Shown in pieces: positions 44,898 through 53,278 of a stretch of DNA of 64,000 nucleotides (position 1 is its first letter; every line of letters starts with the position of its first letter). The stretch comes from an uncultured Microbacteriaceae bacterium (GTDB lineage: Bacteria; Actinomycetota; Actinomycetes; Actinomycetales; Microbacteriaceae). The stretch covers positions 1,605 to 65,604 of the forward strand of contig CALMSL010000193.1 of the NCBI GenBank assembly GCA_937872445.1, read 5' to 3'. Both the position numbers and the translations under genes were made by a program. Below the pieces are notes generated by a model that was not told the origin of the DNA, made no database searches, and worked only from the letters and a program-made list of their open reading frames with translations.

Positions 44898-45326
44898 ATG
44901 GCGTTGACGAGCGAATCCACAACTCTCTGGTTTGGCGACCTGATGTCGGGGAGCGGGACCATCAGTCTCGATTCCTCCGAAGCAGCGGAATTCCCGGTGA
45001 CCTGGGCCGGACGCACCGAGGGTGAGGCTGGCCGCACCAACCCGGAAGAACTTCTCGCAGCTGCGCACGCCTCCTGCTTCTCGATGCAGTTCTCCAGCCT
45101 CCTCGCGAAGGCGGGAACACCGCCGACGAGCCTCCAGGTGACGGCCGCGGTCACCTTCGATCCCTCGCAGGGCGGAATTCTGGGCAGCCACCTGCTCGTG
45201 AGCGCCAAAGTCGATGGGATTGACGAGGAGGCATTCCACAGGCTCGCGAACGAGGCCAGCCAGACCTGCCCGGTGTCGCGCGCGCTCGCCGGAATCACCA
45301 TCACGCTGGAAGCGAGCCTGGAGTAA
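44898..45326 (+). CDS. OsmC-family peroxiredoxin
   Basis: 142 aa with GAAGGAG RBS and the two conserved Cys (AAHASCF, QTCPVS). Confidence 0.9.
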   Translation: MALTSESTTLWFGDLMSGSGTISLDSSEAAEFPVTWAGRTEGEAGRTNPEELLAAAHASCFSMQFSSLLAKAGTPPTSLQVTAAVTFDPSQGGILGSHLLVSAKVDGIDEEAFHRLANEASQTCPVSRALAGITITLEASLE

Positions 45327-45331
45327 CCGAC

Positions 45332-45787
45332 CTACCCGCTGGCGGTCCGCCCGTCGCGTTCCATCAGGATCGCCTTCCGGATCGCACCACGCGCACGCCG
45401 ACGGTCTCCGCACGCGTCGTACGCGAGACCGAGCCGGTACCAGGATTCCCACCGCGTTGGCGCGTTCTCGGCCGCAGTCTTCACTTCCGCAAAAACCGTT
45501 TCCGCCGCCGAACGCTCCACTCTCCCGCTCGGCCGCCGCGGCAGAAGGCCGAACGGATCCTCGCGTTCCGTGCCCAGAATTCGGCCGAGTCGCTCGCTTC
45601 GGAATCCGAACGCCACTTCCGCCGCGAGGGCCCAAAAACCGACGAGCGGGAGCACGAGGAGCGCAATCCCGAGCCCGGTGGCGATCGGCTCGCCCACCCC
45701 GATCAGCCGCAGCGCAAGCTGGATGACCAGCAGCAGGTAGAGCACCAGCAGGACGGCCATGACGGCCACCGCGATCCGTCCTCTCAT
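45332..45787 (-). CDS. Hypothetical membrane protein (2 TM, TPR-like C-terminal segment)
   Basis: 151 aa from the ATG at 45787, which overlaps the dapB stop (ATGA). It is the 3' part of ORF 45332..46333. Confidence 0.6.
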   Translation of the reverse strand: MRGRIAVAVMAVLLVLYLLLVIQLALRLIGVGEPIATGLGIALLVLPLVGFWALAAEVAFGFRSERLGRILGTEREDPFGLLPRRPSGRVERSAAETVFAEVKTAAENAPTRWESWYRLGLAYDACGDRRRARGAIRKAILMERDGRTASG

Positions 45788-46566
45788 CGGGAACCCGGTG
45801 AGGCCGGCTCGCCGCCATGGCTGGCTTCGACGTCCAGCCCGAGGAGCGCATCGAGGCCGACCGTCAAACCCTGTGCTGCCGGAAGGGCGCGGAGCGCGAG
45901 CAGGATCCCCGTCTCGTATGCGGACGGGGACAGGGTTTCGTGGCGGAGCGTGAGCACCTCGCCCTCCCCGCCGAAGTGAACCTCCTGCTTCGCCACGACC
46001 CCCTGCATCCGGATGCTGTGCACCGGGATTCCCGCGACCTGCTGCCCGCGGGCGCGCTGGTCGGTGTGCGCAGCGGCAACAAGGCCCCGGCCGCCGCTTT
46101 CCCGTTCTGACGCCATGAGCTCGGCCGTGCGGATGGCGGTGCCGGACGGCGAATCGATCTTGCTCGCGCCGTGCGCCTCCACGATCTCGATGGAGTCGAA
46201 GTACCGCGCGGCCATCGCGGCGAATCGCGCGGCGAGCACGGAGCCGAGCGAGAAGTTGGGGACGATGATGACGCCGGCGGCGGGATCCTCGCCCACCCGC
46301 GCTGCCAGTGCGCCAAGGCGTTCGCCGGTCCATCCGCTCGTCCCCACCAGCACCTTGAGCCCGTGCTCGAGGGCGAACTCGACGATCCTCGGGCTCGCCG
46401 CGGGAACCGAGACATCGACGACCAGGTCGGCACCCAGCATCTCGGTGAGTTCCCCCGTGGAACTGATGCCTGCTGCGAGCTCGAAGTCGTTGGACTCGTG
46501 GATGAGCCGGGAAACGAGCCCGCCCATGCGCCCTGTCGCGCCGACCACGGCGACCCGGAAAGTCAT
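45784..46566 (-). CDS. dapB: 4-hydroxy-tetrahydrodipicolinate reductase
   Basis: 260 aa with NAD motif VVGATGRMG and EAHGASKIDSPSGTA (EAHH-type region). Confidence 0.95.
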   Translation of the reverse strand: MTFRVAVVGATGRMGGLVSRLIHESNDFELAAGISSTGELTEMLGADLVVDVSVPAASPRIVEFALEHGLKVLVGTSGWTGERLGALAARVGEDPAAGVIIVPNFSLGSVLAARFAAMAARYFDSIEIVEAHGASKIDSPSGTAIRTAELMASERESGGRGLVAAAHTDQRARGQQVAGIPVHSIRMQGVVAKQEVHFGGEGEVLTLRHETLSPSAYETGILLALRALPAAQGLTVGLDALLGLDVEASHGGEPASPGSR

Positions 46567-46608
46567 GACGTCAATCTACCAACCTGCGAAGGACCTGCGT
46601 CCCGCCCT

Positions 46609-47211
46609 TCAGTATGGCTGCGCCTCCGGCAGTCCGGTGCGCAGCTCGGCGGGCAGGTGGCCGAGATCGTTGTGCGTCACCAGGACAGGCGGCTTGGCCG
46701 TGCGTACCCGGATGATGGTCAGACCGCAATTGGCCTGATTGAGTCCCATCCACCGCCACGCGGGGGCCCCGAACACTTCGCGTACGAACCACGCGATCAC
46801 GAAGTTGTGGGTGATGAGCAGTTCGTGGCGTTCGCCCCTGGCCGGGGAGAGCCACTCGGACACCGCATCCGCCATTTGCGCCGTCCCCGCCTCGATTTCC
46901 TCCGCCGTCACCGAACCGAAGAACGGTTCGAACGCGTGCGGGAGCTCGGGCGTCGGACCGCTCGGAATGCAGTCCATGAGAAGCGCCGACGGTTTCGCCT
47001 CCAGGTCCGGCAGGTGCTTGGTCATGATTCTCGCCGTCTCCTCCGCGCGCTGGAGCGGCGAGTGCCAGGCGGCGTCGAACGGCACAGCCGCAAGGCGCTT
47101 CGCGATGGCTCCGGCCTGGCGCTTTCCCCTGGCCGACAGGGGTCCATCGGGCATGCCGTGTTCGGCGTCCTGCTGTTCCCCGTGGCGAACGAGATACAGG
47201 AAGTGGGACAT
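46609..47211 (-). CDS. Histidine phosphatase family protein
   Basis: 200 aa with the N-terminal catalytic motif LVRHGE. Confidence 0.85.
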   Translation of the reverse strand: MSHFLYLVRHGEQQDAEHGMPDGPLSARGKRQAGAIAKRLAAVPFDAAWHSPLQRAEETARIMTKHLPDLEAKPSALLMDCIPSGPTPELPHAFEPFFGSVTAEEIEAGTAQMADAVSEWLSPARGERHELLITHNFVIAWFVREVFGAPAWRWMGLNQANCGLTIIRVRTAKPPVLVTHNDLGHLPAELRTGLPEAQPY

Positions 47212-47253
47212 TGTTGTCCTCCATGGTTGCGGTGTGGGTCGAATGGTCCGCGG

Positions 47254-48612
47254 TCAGGCCGCGGTGGCCGGCGGGTCGGCAATCTGCGAGAGGCTCGCCT
47301 CCTCGATCGCGCCGACGGCCGCGACGCTCAGTGGCCGGGATGCCAGCTCGTGGGCGAGCGCCAGAACATCCTGGGTGGTCACTCGTTCGAGTCGGCGCAG
47401 CGCTTCGTCGAAGTCCACGAACTCGCCCAGCGTGATTTCCGACCTGCCGAGCCGGGACATCCGGGTGTCCGAGTCCTCCAGCGCGAGCGCCGAGGCGCCG
47501 ATGAGCTGCCCTCTGGCGCGATCCAGTTCGCCCGTGCTGATCCCGTGGAGCGCCATCGTGCGAAATTCCTGAAGCAGCAGCTCGGCGACCGCGCCGGCCT
47601 TCGCTGGGGAACAGCCCGCGTACAGCCCGAAGATTCCGGCGTCCGAGTAGCTGGGCGCGAATGAGTAGACGGAATAGGCGAGCCCCCGTTTCTCGCGAAT
47701 CTCCTGGAACAGCCGCGAGGACATGCCGCCCCCGAGCACGGCATTCAGCACGGCCAGGATGCTCTTGCGCTCGTCGGTCGCTGTGAGCCCGGGAACGCCG
47801 AGCAGGATGTTCGCCTGTTCCGTCGGGCGCTGGACGACGACAAGCGGAGTGCCGGGTTCTCTGAGGCCCTCCGTCGTCGCGCGGCGGTCGACGGGGGCAC
47901 CAGGGCTTTCGAGGTCCCAGCCCGCGCGCGCCAGAGCCGCGACCACGCGGTGGACGAGGTCGTCGTGCGAGACGCCGCCGGCGGCCGTGACGACGAGGTC
48001 CTGAGGGCGGTAGTTCGCCCGGTAATGTTCCATGACCGCGTTGCGGGATACAGCGCGAATCGTGGTCGGGTTTCCACCGATCGGCCGGCCGAGCGGATGC
48101 GGTCCCATGACCGCCTCGAAGAACCGTTCGTTGACCACGTCCGACGGGTCGTCATCCGCCATCGCGAGTTCCTCGAGGATGACACCGCGTTCGATTTCGA
48201 ACTCGGCCGCGTCGAGCGTGGACGAGGTGAACATGTCGCACAGCACGTCGATGGCCATCGGAAGGTCCTGATCGCGCACCTTCGCGTAATAGCAGGTGAA
48301 TTCCTTCGCGGTGAGGGCATTGTGCTCGCCGCCGACGGAGTCGAAGCTCACGGCGATATCCAGTGCCGTGCGGGTGGGCGTTCCCTTGAACAGCAAATGC
48401 TCGAGGAAGTGGGTGGAACCGTAGTGCTCCGGCTGTTCATCCCTGGAGCCCACCGCGACCCAAAATCCGACGGTCGCGCTGCGCGCCCCCGGCACCTGCT
48501 CGGTGAGGATGCGCACCCCGCTGGGCAGAACGCTGCGACGTACCGCGCAGTCACCCGAGGTGGTGAAACCCAGTTCGGCCAGGTCAAGCGGTAAGTCCAC
48601 TGCGCCATTCAT
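47254..48612 (-). CDS. M16-family zinc metallopeptidase (PepR-like)
   Basis: The inverted zinc motif HFLEHLLFKG is present. The ATG at 48612 (MNGAVDLPL) lies inside ORF 47254..48684. Confidence 0.9.
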   Translation of the reverse strand: MNGAVDLPLDLAELGFTTSGDCAVRRSVLPSGVRILTEQVPGARSATVGFWVAVGSRDEQPEHYGSTHFLEHLLFKGTPTRTALDIAVSFDSVGGEHNALTAKEFTCYYAKVRDQDLPMAIDVLCDMFTSSTLDAAEFEIERGVILEELAMADDDPSDVVNERFFEAVMGPHPLGRPIGGNPTTIRAVSRNAVMEHYRANYRPQDLVVTAAGGVSHDDLVHRVVAALARAGWDLESPGAPVDRRATTEGLREPGTPLVVVQRPTEQANILLGVPGLTATDERKSILAVLNAVLGGGMSSRLFQEIREKRGLAYSVYSFAPSYSDAGIFGLYAGCSPAKAGAVAELLLQEFRTMALHGISTGELDRARGQLIGASALALEDSDTRMSRLGRSEITLGEFVDFDEALRRLERVTTQDVLALAHELASRPLSVAAVGAIEEASLSQIADPPATAA

Positions 48613-48685
48613 CACCGTCGAGCCTAGGTCATGGATTTGGCCGGTGACCACTTCTGCCGGAGGCCTCGATATACCGGGGTACATA

Positions 48686-48721
48686 TTGTCCGCAAAATTG
48701 TGGACAAACAGACTTGTCTGT
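48686..48721. promoter_or_regulatory. Overlapping TTGTC/GACAA dyads (operator candidates) with putative promoter TTGTCT-N16-TAGGGT
   Basis: TTGTCC-N10-GGACAA (48686-48707), ACAGAC-tt-GTCTGT (48708-21) and GACAA-N6-TTGTC (48703-18). The last dyad overlaps the -35-like TTGTCT (48714-19). TAGGGT lies at 48736-41. Confidence 0.4.
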
Positions 48722-48749
48722 CATCAAAATCGTGCTAGGGTATTACCTC

Positions 48750-48955
48750 AAGAGGCACCGGAACCCGAATCCGGCCTCCGGCCAGACTTTTCTGGCGACC
48801 GAGCCACCCCGAAGGTTCGGTCGCCAGGAAACTGCCTATAAATACTGCGTGTGCTGGACTCCCGCGGGGAATATACCGCGGGTGGCAACGCCGGATTACC
48901 CCCCAAATCCGGTTCGCTCCCAGACGGCAGTGAGGAAACCTAGCCAATCTGCCCG
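48750..48955 (+). ncRNA. Candidate structured RNA / long structured 5' leader (family unassigned)
   Basis: Non-coding-looking stretch of ~220 nt packed with perfect hairpins. These are CCGGA/TCCGG (48758-74), GCCAGA-cttt-TCTGGC (48781-96), GGCGACCGA/TCGGTCGCC (48794-825), CCCGCGG-8nt-CCGCGGG (48861-82) and CCGGATT-8nt-AATCCGG (48891-912). Long-range ACTGCC (48831-36) / GGCAGT (48926-31) would enclose the last two. The strand is uncertain. Confidence 0.3.
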
Positions 48956-48968
48956 AGGGAGCCACGCT

Positions 48969-49559
48969 GTGACTGTTGTTGATGAACATCCGACGTCACA
49001 GCGTGCCCCCTGGGCAAAGAAGAAGATTCTGGAAACGGCGACCGAGCTGTTCTATGACGAAGGAATCCGCCTCGTCGGGGTCGACCGGCTGATTGGCGAA
49101 TCGCACGTCACCAAGGCCACCTTCTACAAGCACTACCGCTCCAAGGACAATCTGGTCATCGCCTACGTCAACGGCCAGCACCTGGAAGACAAAGCAGACG
49201 TCGAGAGGCTCATCCGGGAGAGCGCGGGGCCCCGGGAAGCGCTCACCGCGATTGTCGCGCGCGATGTGGCCCACCTGTTGGGGCCGGGCTTTCGCGGTTC
49301 GCACTTCCTCAACGCTGCATCCGAGTACCCCGATCCCGAGCACCCCATCCGCCAGCTGATCAGCGCGCATCGCGACTGGTTCTCATCGACGATCGAGTCG
49401 CTGCTCGGCGACCTTGGCCACCCCCTCCCCGGTGAAGGCGCAGACGACTTCATGGTCGCCCACGACGGCGCCATGGCCGGTGGCTACGCGGGCGATCCGA
49501 TTGCGGCCTCCGGTGCGCTTCAGCGCTCCGTCGCGCGGATCCTCGCCGAAATCGCCTGA
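48969..49559 (+). CDS. TetR/AcrR-family transcriptional regulator
   Basis: The GTG at 48969 lies 7 nt after GAGGGAG. 196 aa with HTH VGVDRLIGESHVTKATFYKHYRSKDNL. The longer ORF from 48714 is rejected as an extension. Confidence 0.85.
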   Translation: MTVVDEHPTSQRAPWAKKKILETATELFYDEGIRLVGVDRLIGESHVTKATFYKHYRSKDNLVIAYVNGQHLEDKADVERLIRESAGPREALTAIVARDVAHLLGPGFRGSHFLNAASEYPDPEHPIRQLISAHRDWFSSTIESLLGDLGHPLPGEGADDFMVAHDGAMAGGYAGDPIAASGALQRSVARILAEIA

Positions 49560-49566
49560 ACCCGAT

Positions 49567-50553
49567 TCAGGCCGACACGTCATCCAGCGCAGCGACCTGC
49601 GCTCGCGTGAGTGGCACATCCGCGGCCGCGACAAGGTCGGCAACCTGCGAGGCATTGCTCGCTCCCACAATGGGTGCCGTCACCGTGCTCCTGGTGAGGA
49701 GCCAGGCGAGCGCGATCGTCGCCGGGGCGCAATCCTGCTCGCTGGCCACCCGATCCACTGTCGCCAGGATCCGCTGGCCGCGCCGGTTCAGGTGCAGTTC
49801 GGCGTCGCCGCCCAGGACGATGTTGCCGGTCGAGTTGAGGTCGAGTTCGGACTTCGTCCGGTAGTTTCCAGCGAGAAATCCCCCGTCCAGCGCGAACCGT
49901 GGCATCACCCCCAGCGCCTGCTGTTCCGCGACGTTTGCCAGGCTTCCCTCGAATTCGGTCCGGTGCATGAGGTTGTAGCGACACTGGAGCGCGGTGAATG
50001 GGGTGAGCCCCAATTGCGCCGCGATGATTCTGGCCTCGAGGACCCGATTCGCCGAATGGTCTGAGGCGCCGACCGCGCGGACGGTGCCGCGTCGCACCTG
50101 CTCGTCCACGGCAACCAGGGTCTCTTCGAACGGAACCGCTTCGTCGTCCACGTGCAGAAACAGCACGTCAATGTAGTCGGTACGCAGTCGTGACAGGCTC
50201 GCCTCGATGGCGGAGGTCACTGCCTCGGAGGTGAGGCCGGGGTGCTCGGCGCTCTTGCCGATCTTGGTGGCCACGACCATCTCGCTTCGCGCGGCGCGCG
50301 AACGCATCCAATCCCCGATGATCGACTCGCTTCGGCCGGCCGCATACGAGTCCGCGGTGTCGATGAGGTTTCCCCCCAACTCACGGTACGAATCCAGAAC
50401 CTGATAGGACGCTTCCTCCGTGGCGGTCCAGCCGAACGCATTGCCGCCGATGGCCACCGGGAACACCCGAAGACCCGACTCCCCAAGCACACGGCGGCGT
50501 CCGCGGGTCGGATACCGGGCGTCGGGGTCGCCGGTGGGCACAACAGTGGTCAC
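49567..50553 (-). CDS. Aldo/keto reductase
   Basis: 328 aa with AKR family motifs (IDTADSYAAGRSE, LHVDDE, GASN...). Confidence 0.9.
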   Translation of the reverse strand: MTTVVPTGDPDARYPTRGRRRVLGESGLRVFPVAIGGNAFGWTATEEASYQVLDSYRELGGNLIDTADSYAAGRSESIIGDWMRSRAARSEMVVATKIGKSAEHPGLTSEAVTSAIEASLSRLRTDYIDVLFLHVDDEAVPFEETLVAVDEQVRRGTVRAVGASDHSANRVLEARIIAAQLGLTPFTALQCRYNLMHRTEFEGSLANVAEQQALGVMPRFALDGGFLAGNYRTKSELDLNSTGNIVLGGDAELHLNRRGQRILATVDRVASEQDCAPATIALAWLLTRSTVTAPIVGASNASQVADLVAAADVPLTRAQVAALDDVSA

Positions 50554-50664
50554 GGGGCGAGGTTATGCCAGCAGGCGCTCCCCGTGGCGCATCCCCCGCC
50601 AATCGTTATCAGTGTTTTACTATCAGTGGGCTTAGGCACAAGGCCGTGCGCACGAAAGGACGTG

Positions 50665-51204
50665 GTGGGATTGGCGAATGATCCGAACTGGCGGCTCCCG
50701 GTTGTCCCGAAATTCACCCTGACGAGTCCGGAGGTCAGGGAAGGTGATTTTCTTCCGCTGTGGGCTCGAACTGCCTGGGCGGGAGGCGAGGACCGCTCCC
50801 CCACGCTCAGCTGGAGCGGCGCGCCGGAATCGACGAAAAGCTACGTCGTCACGGTGTACGATCCGGATGCCCCAACCGGCAGCGGCTACTGGCACTGGGC
50901 CGTGTACAACATTCCCGCGTCGGTGACCGCACTTCCCGCCGATGCGGGCAATCCCCACGCTGGCCTTCTTCCGGAAGGAGCCATCACCGTCGCCAACGAG
51001 TCGCGCGCCGAACGCTTTGAGGGCGCGGGTCCGCCGCCCGGCGATGGCGACCACCGGTACGTGTTCACGGTGTCTGCGCTTGACGTCGAGAGCCTGGATC
51101 TTCCCGCCGGCTGCACGCCCGCGGTACTTGGCTTCATGATGCGCAACTCGGTGGTCGGCCGGGCCCAGCTCACCGTACTGTCGTCGACGCCCGCGGAGGG
51201 TTAG
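50665..51204 (+). CDS. YbhB/YbcL-family (PEBP/Raf-kinase-inhibitor-like) protein
   Basis: 3' part of ORF 50242..51204. The start is GTG at 50665 (or TTG at 50671), after GAAAGGA. Motifs YVVTVYDPDAPTGSGYWHW and GDHRYVFTV. Confidence 0.85.
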   Translation: MGLANDPNWRLPVVPKFTLTSPEVREGDFLPLWARTAWAGGEDRSPTLSWSGAPESTKSYVVTVYDPDAPTGSGYWHWAVYNIPASVTALPADAGNPHAGLLPEGAITVANESRAERFEGAGPPPGDGDHRYVFTVSALDVESLDLPAGCTPAVLGFMMRNSVVGRAQLTVLSSTPAEG

Positions 51205-52859
51205 CGCGCCGCGAGTTCCCTCGCGTAACCGATGGCTTCGGGTGTTTCGTTGAACACGCGCCCGGCATCGGTGAGCCGCGGCGCCGCGGTGAGTGCAGAG
51301 AGCACTTTTCGATGCCCCGGCCGGATGCCGGAGAGAAGCACGACGATTCCGCGTTTCTCCAGCTTGACGATCGCATCATCGAGCATGAGCGCGCCCGTCG
51401 CGTCGATGGTGCTGAGCCGGCCCATCCGCAGGATCACGACGGCAACGTTCGCCACTTCGCTGAGTTCAAGCAGGAATCGGTGCGCGGCGCCGAAAAACAG
51501 GGCGCCATCCAGACGGAACGCGACGATCCTGTCATCGAGAAGCCGCTGCTCCTCATCGGCGTGGTCGCTCGCATCCAGCGGCACCCGCGCGATCCGGGAG
51601 GACCGCGCGACGGCCCGAAGGGCGACGATACCAGCCAGGGCAAGCCCCACGATCACTGCGGTCACGAGGTCGATTGCGACGGTGACGGCGAACGTGAGGA
51701 TGAGCACGATCGCGTCTCCGCGCGAGGACCGGAGGATGCTGCGGATGGAGCCGACCTGCACCATTTGGACCGTCGTCGCCAGAAGCACTCCGCCGAGGGC
51801 GGCAAGCGGGATGACGCCCACGAGCGGGGCGGCGACAAGGATGAACAGCAGCAACACAAGGGAGTGCGACAGGGAGGAGAGCCGCGAGCGCGCCCCGGCC
51901 TTCACGTTGACTGCCGTTCGGGCGATCGCTGCGGTGGCCGGCACCCCGCCGAAGAAGGGGACGACAAGGTTCGCGATGCCCTGCCCGAACAGTTCGCGAT
52001 CGGGATTGTGACGCTGGCCGACGCTCATGGCGTCCGCCACCGTTGCGCACAAGAGGCTTTCGAGGGCCGCCAGCGCGGCCACCGCGAAGGCGGACGGAAC
52101 CAGACTCAGGAGCGCGCTTGCGCTGAAGAAGTCCGCTGCAGGCGCCGAGAGACCGCGGGGCAGCTCCCCGACGACGCCGAGGTCCGGGGCGAAGAAAAAG
52201 GCGACGGCTGTCGCTGCCGCGACCGCGACGAACGAGAGGGGAAGCGACGGCCTCCAGCGCGCGCCCACCAGGATCGTCGCCGCGACGCCGAGGGTGATGA
52301 GGACCGGGATCGGATTCGGGTTCGACAGGTACCGCAGGAGGGCGTCGAATGCGAGCTCGGTCACCCGCTCCTGCGAACCGGGTTTGACGCCGAGCATGTT
52401 CGGAAGCTGCTGGAGCGCGATGACGACCGCTATGCCAGCGGTGAATCCTTCGACCAGGGACGCCGGCAGGTAGCGCACATAGCGCCCGATGCCGGAAACC
52501 GAGAGCCCGAGGAGGATGACGCCGGCCATAACACCGACCTGGAGCACTCCGGATGGCCCGAACTGGTGAACGACCGGGATGAGCACGACCGTCATGGCCC
52601 CGGTGGGACCGGAGACCTGGATGTTGCTCCCGCCGAAGATCGCGGCGAGCGCGCCTGCGATCACCGCGGTGGTTATCCCAGCTTCCGCTCCGAGACCGGA
52701 GGCGACACCGAACGCGAGGGCGAGCGGGAGTGCGACGATCGCGACGGTGAGTCCGGCCAGGATGTCCCTCCCCGGCGACTTCCTCATGGGCGTGAAGTCC
52801 TTGCGCGACGGCAGCAGGCCGAGAAGGAATCTGCCCCCCGCCGATACCCGGCGCCTCAA
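51201..52859 (-). CDS. SulP-family anion transporter with C-terminal STAS domain
   Basis: 552 aa with DILAGLTVAIVALPLALAFG. The TTG at 52859 overlaps the ArsR stop (TTGA). The ATG at 52787 is an alternative start. Confidence 0.9.
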   Translation of the reverse strand: MRRRVSAGGRFLLGLLPSRKDFTPMRKSPGRDILAGLTVAIVALPLALAFGVASGLGAEAGITTAVIAGALAAIFGGSNIQVSGPTGAMTVVLIPVVHQFGPSGVLQVGVMAGVILLGLSVSGIGRYVRYLPASLVEGFTAGIAVVIALQQLPNMLGVKPGSQERVTELAFDALLRYLSNPNPIPVLITLGVAATILVGARWRPSLPLSFVAVAAATAVAFFFAPDLGVVGELPRGLSAPAADFFSASALLSLVPSAFAVAALAALESLLCATVADAMSVGQRHNPDRELFGQGIANLVVPFFGGVPATAAIARTAVNVKAGARSRLSSLSHSLVLLLFILVAAPLVGVIPLAALGGVLLATTVQMVQVGSIRSILRSSRGDAIVLILTFAVTVAIDLVTAVIVGLALAGIVALRAVARSSRIARVPLDASDHADEEQRLLDDRIVAFRLDGALFFGAAHRFLLELSEVANVAVVILRMGRLSTIDATGALMLDDAIVKLEKRGIVVLLSGIRPGHRKVLSALTAAPRLTDAGRVFNETPEAIGYARELAAR

Positions 52860-53227
52860 CTCGTCGAGGTCTGTGTAGCGCCCGACGCCTCGATACCCTC
52901 CTCTTCGAGCGAGACCAGGATGCTGCGGGAGTCTTCCAGATTCGAGACGACCAGCCCTCTGGCGACGACGAGCAGTTTCGCCATTCTCGGATCGCGCACC
53001 GAGTAGTAGATCGTGTTTCCGTCCCGTCGCGTCGACACCACGCTCGCGCGGCGCAGCACCGCCAGTTGCTGGGAAAGCTGCGTCACTTCGACGCCCAGCT
53101 GATCGGCGAGTTCACCGACGGACTCTTCGCCCGCGACGAGCCTTTCGAGAGCGCGCACGCGAATCGGGTGCGCAAGAGCTTTGAACAACTCTGACTTGAG
53201 CTGGGCGACAGGAAGGTCCGTGGTCAT
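52856..53227 (-). CDS. ArsR/SmtB-family transcriptional regulator
   Basis: 123 aa with wHTH ELFKALAHPIRVRALERLVAGEESVGELADQLGVEVTQLSQQLAVLR. Confidence 0.9.
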   Translation of the reverse strand: MTTDLPVAQLKSELFKALAHPIRVRALERLVAGEESVGELADQLGVEVTQLSQQLAVLRRASVVSTRRDGNTIYYSVRDPRMAKLLVVARGLVVSNLEDSRSILVSLEEEGIEASGATQTSTS

Positions 53228-53236
53228 CGCTCAACT

Positions 53237-53252
53237 ATATTGCAATATTGCA
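53237..53252. promoter_or_regulatory. ArsR operator candidate: tandem ATATTGCA ATATTGCA containing perfect 12-bp palindrome ATATTGCAATAT
   Basis: Located 10 nt upstream of the ArsR start codon (53227), in an AT-rich patch. Confidence 0.5.
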
Positions 53253-53278
53253 GAATAGTCAATCAGTCAACTACGTGA

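Noticed and set aside
48758-48774. tRNA T-arm-like hairpin CCGGA-7nt-TCCGG (minus-strand loop TTCGGGT)
   Set aside because: There is no matching acceptor, D or anticodon arm. The neighbouring stem has a 4-6-nt loop rather than 7. The loop lacks the conserved A58.
48751-48800. Cobalamin-riboswitch-like CACCGGAACCCGAATCCGGC; also compared the region mentally with ykkC (CTAGGGT at 48735), purine, TPP, SRP, RNase P and tmRNA
   Set aside because: No B12 box (GCCACTG) follows. No GGTCCGAGAG/ACGR ykkC core is present. No other family signature was found, so I leave the region unassigned rather than name a family.
48714-48968. 85-codon N-terminal extension of the TetR ORF through the hairpin-rich region
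   Set aside because: TetR HTH domains start within ~10-20 aa of the N-terminus. The GTG at 48969 has a GAGGGAG SD. The extension has odd composition and coincides with multiple perfect stems.
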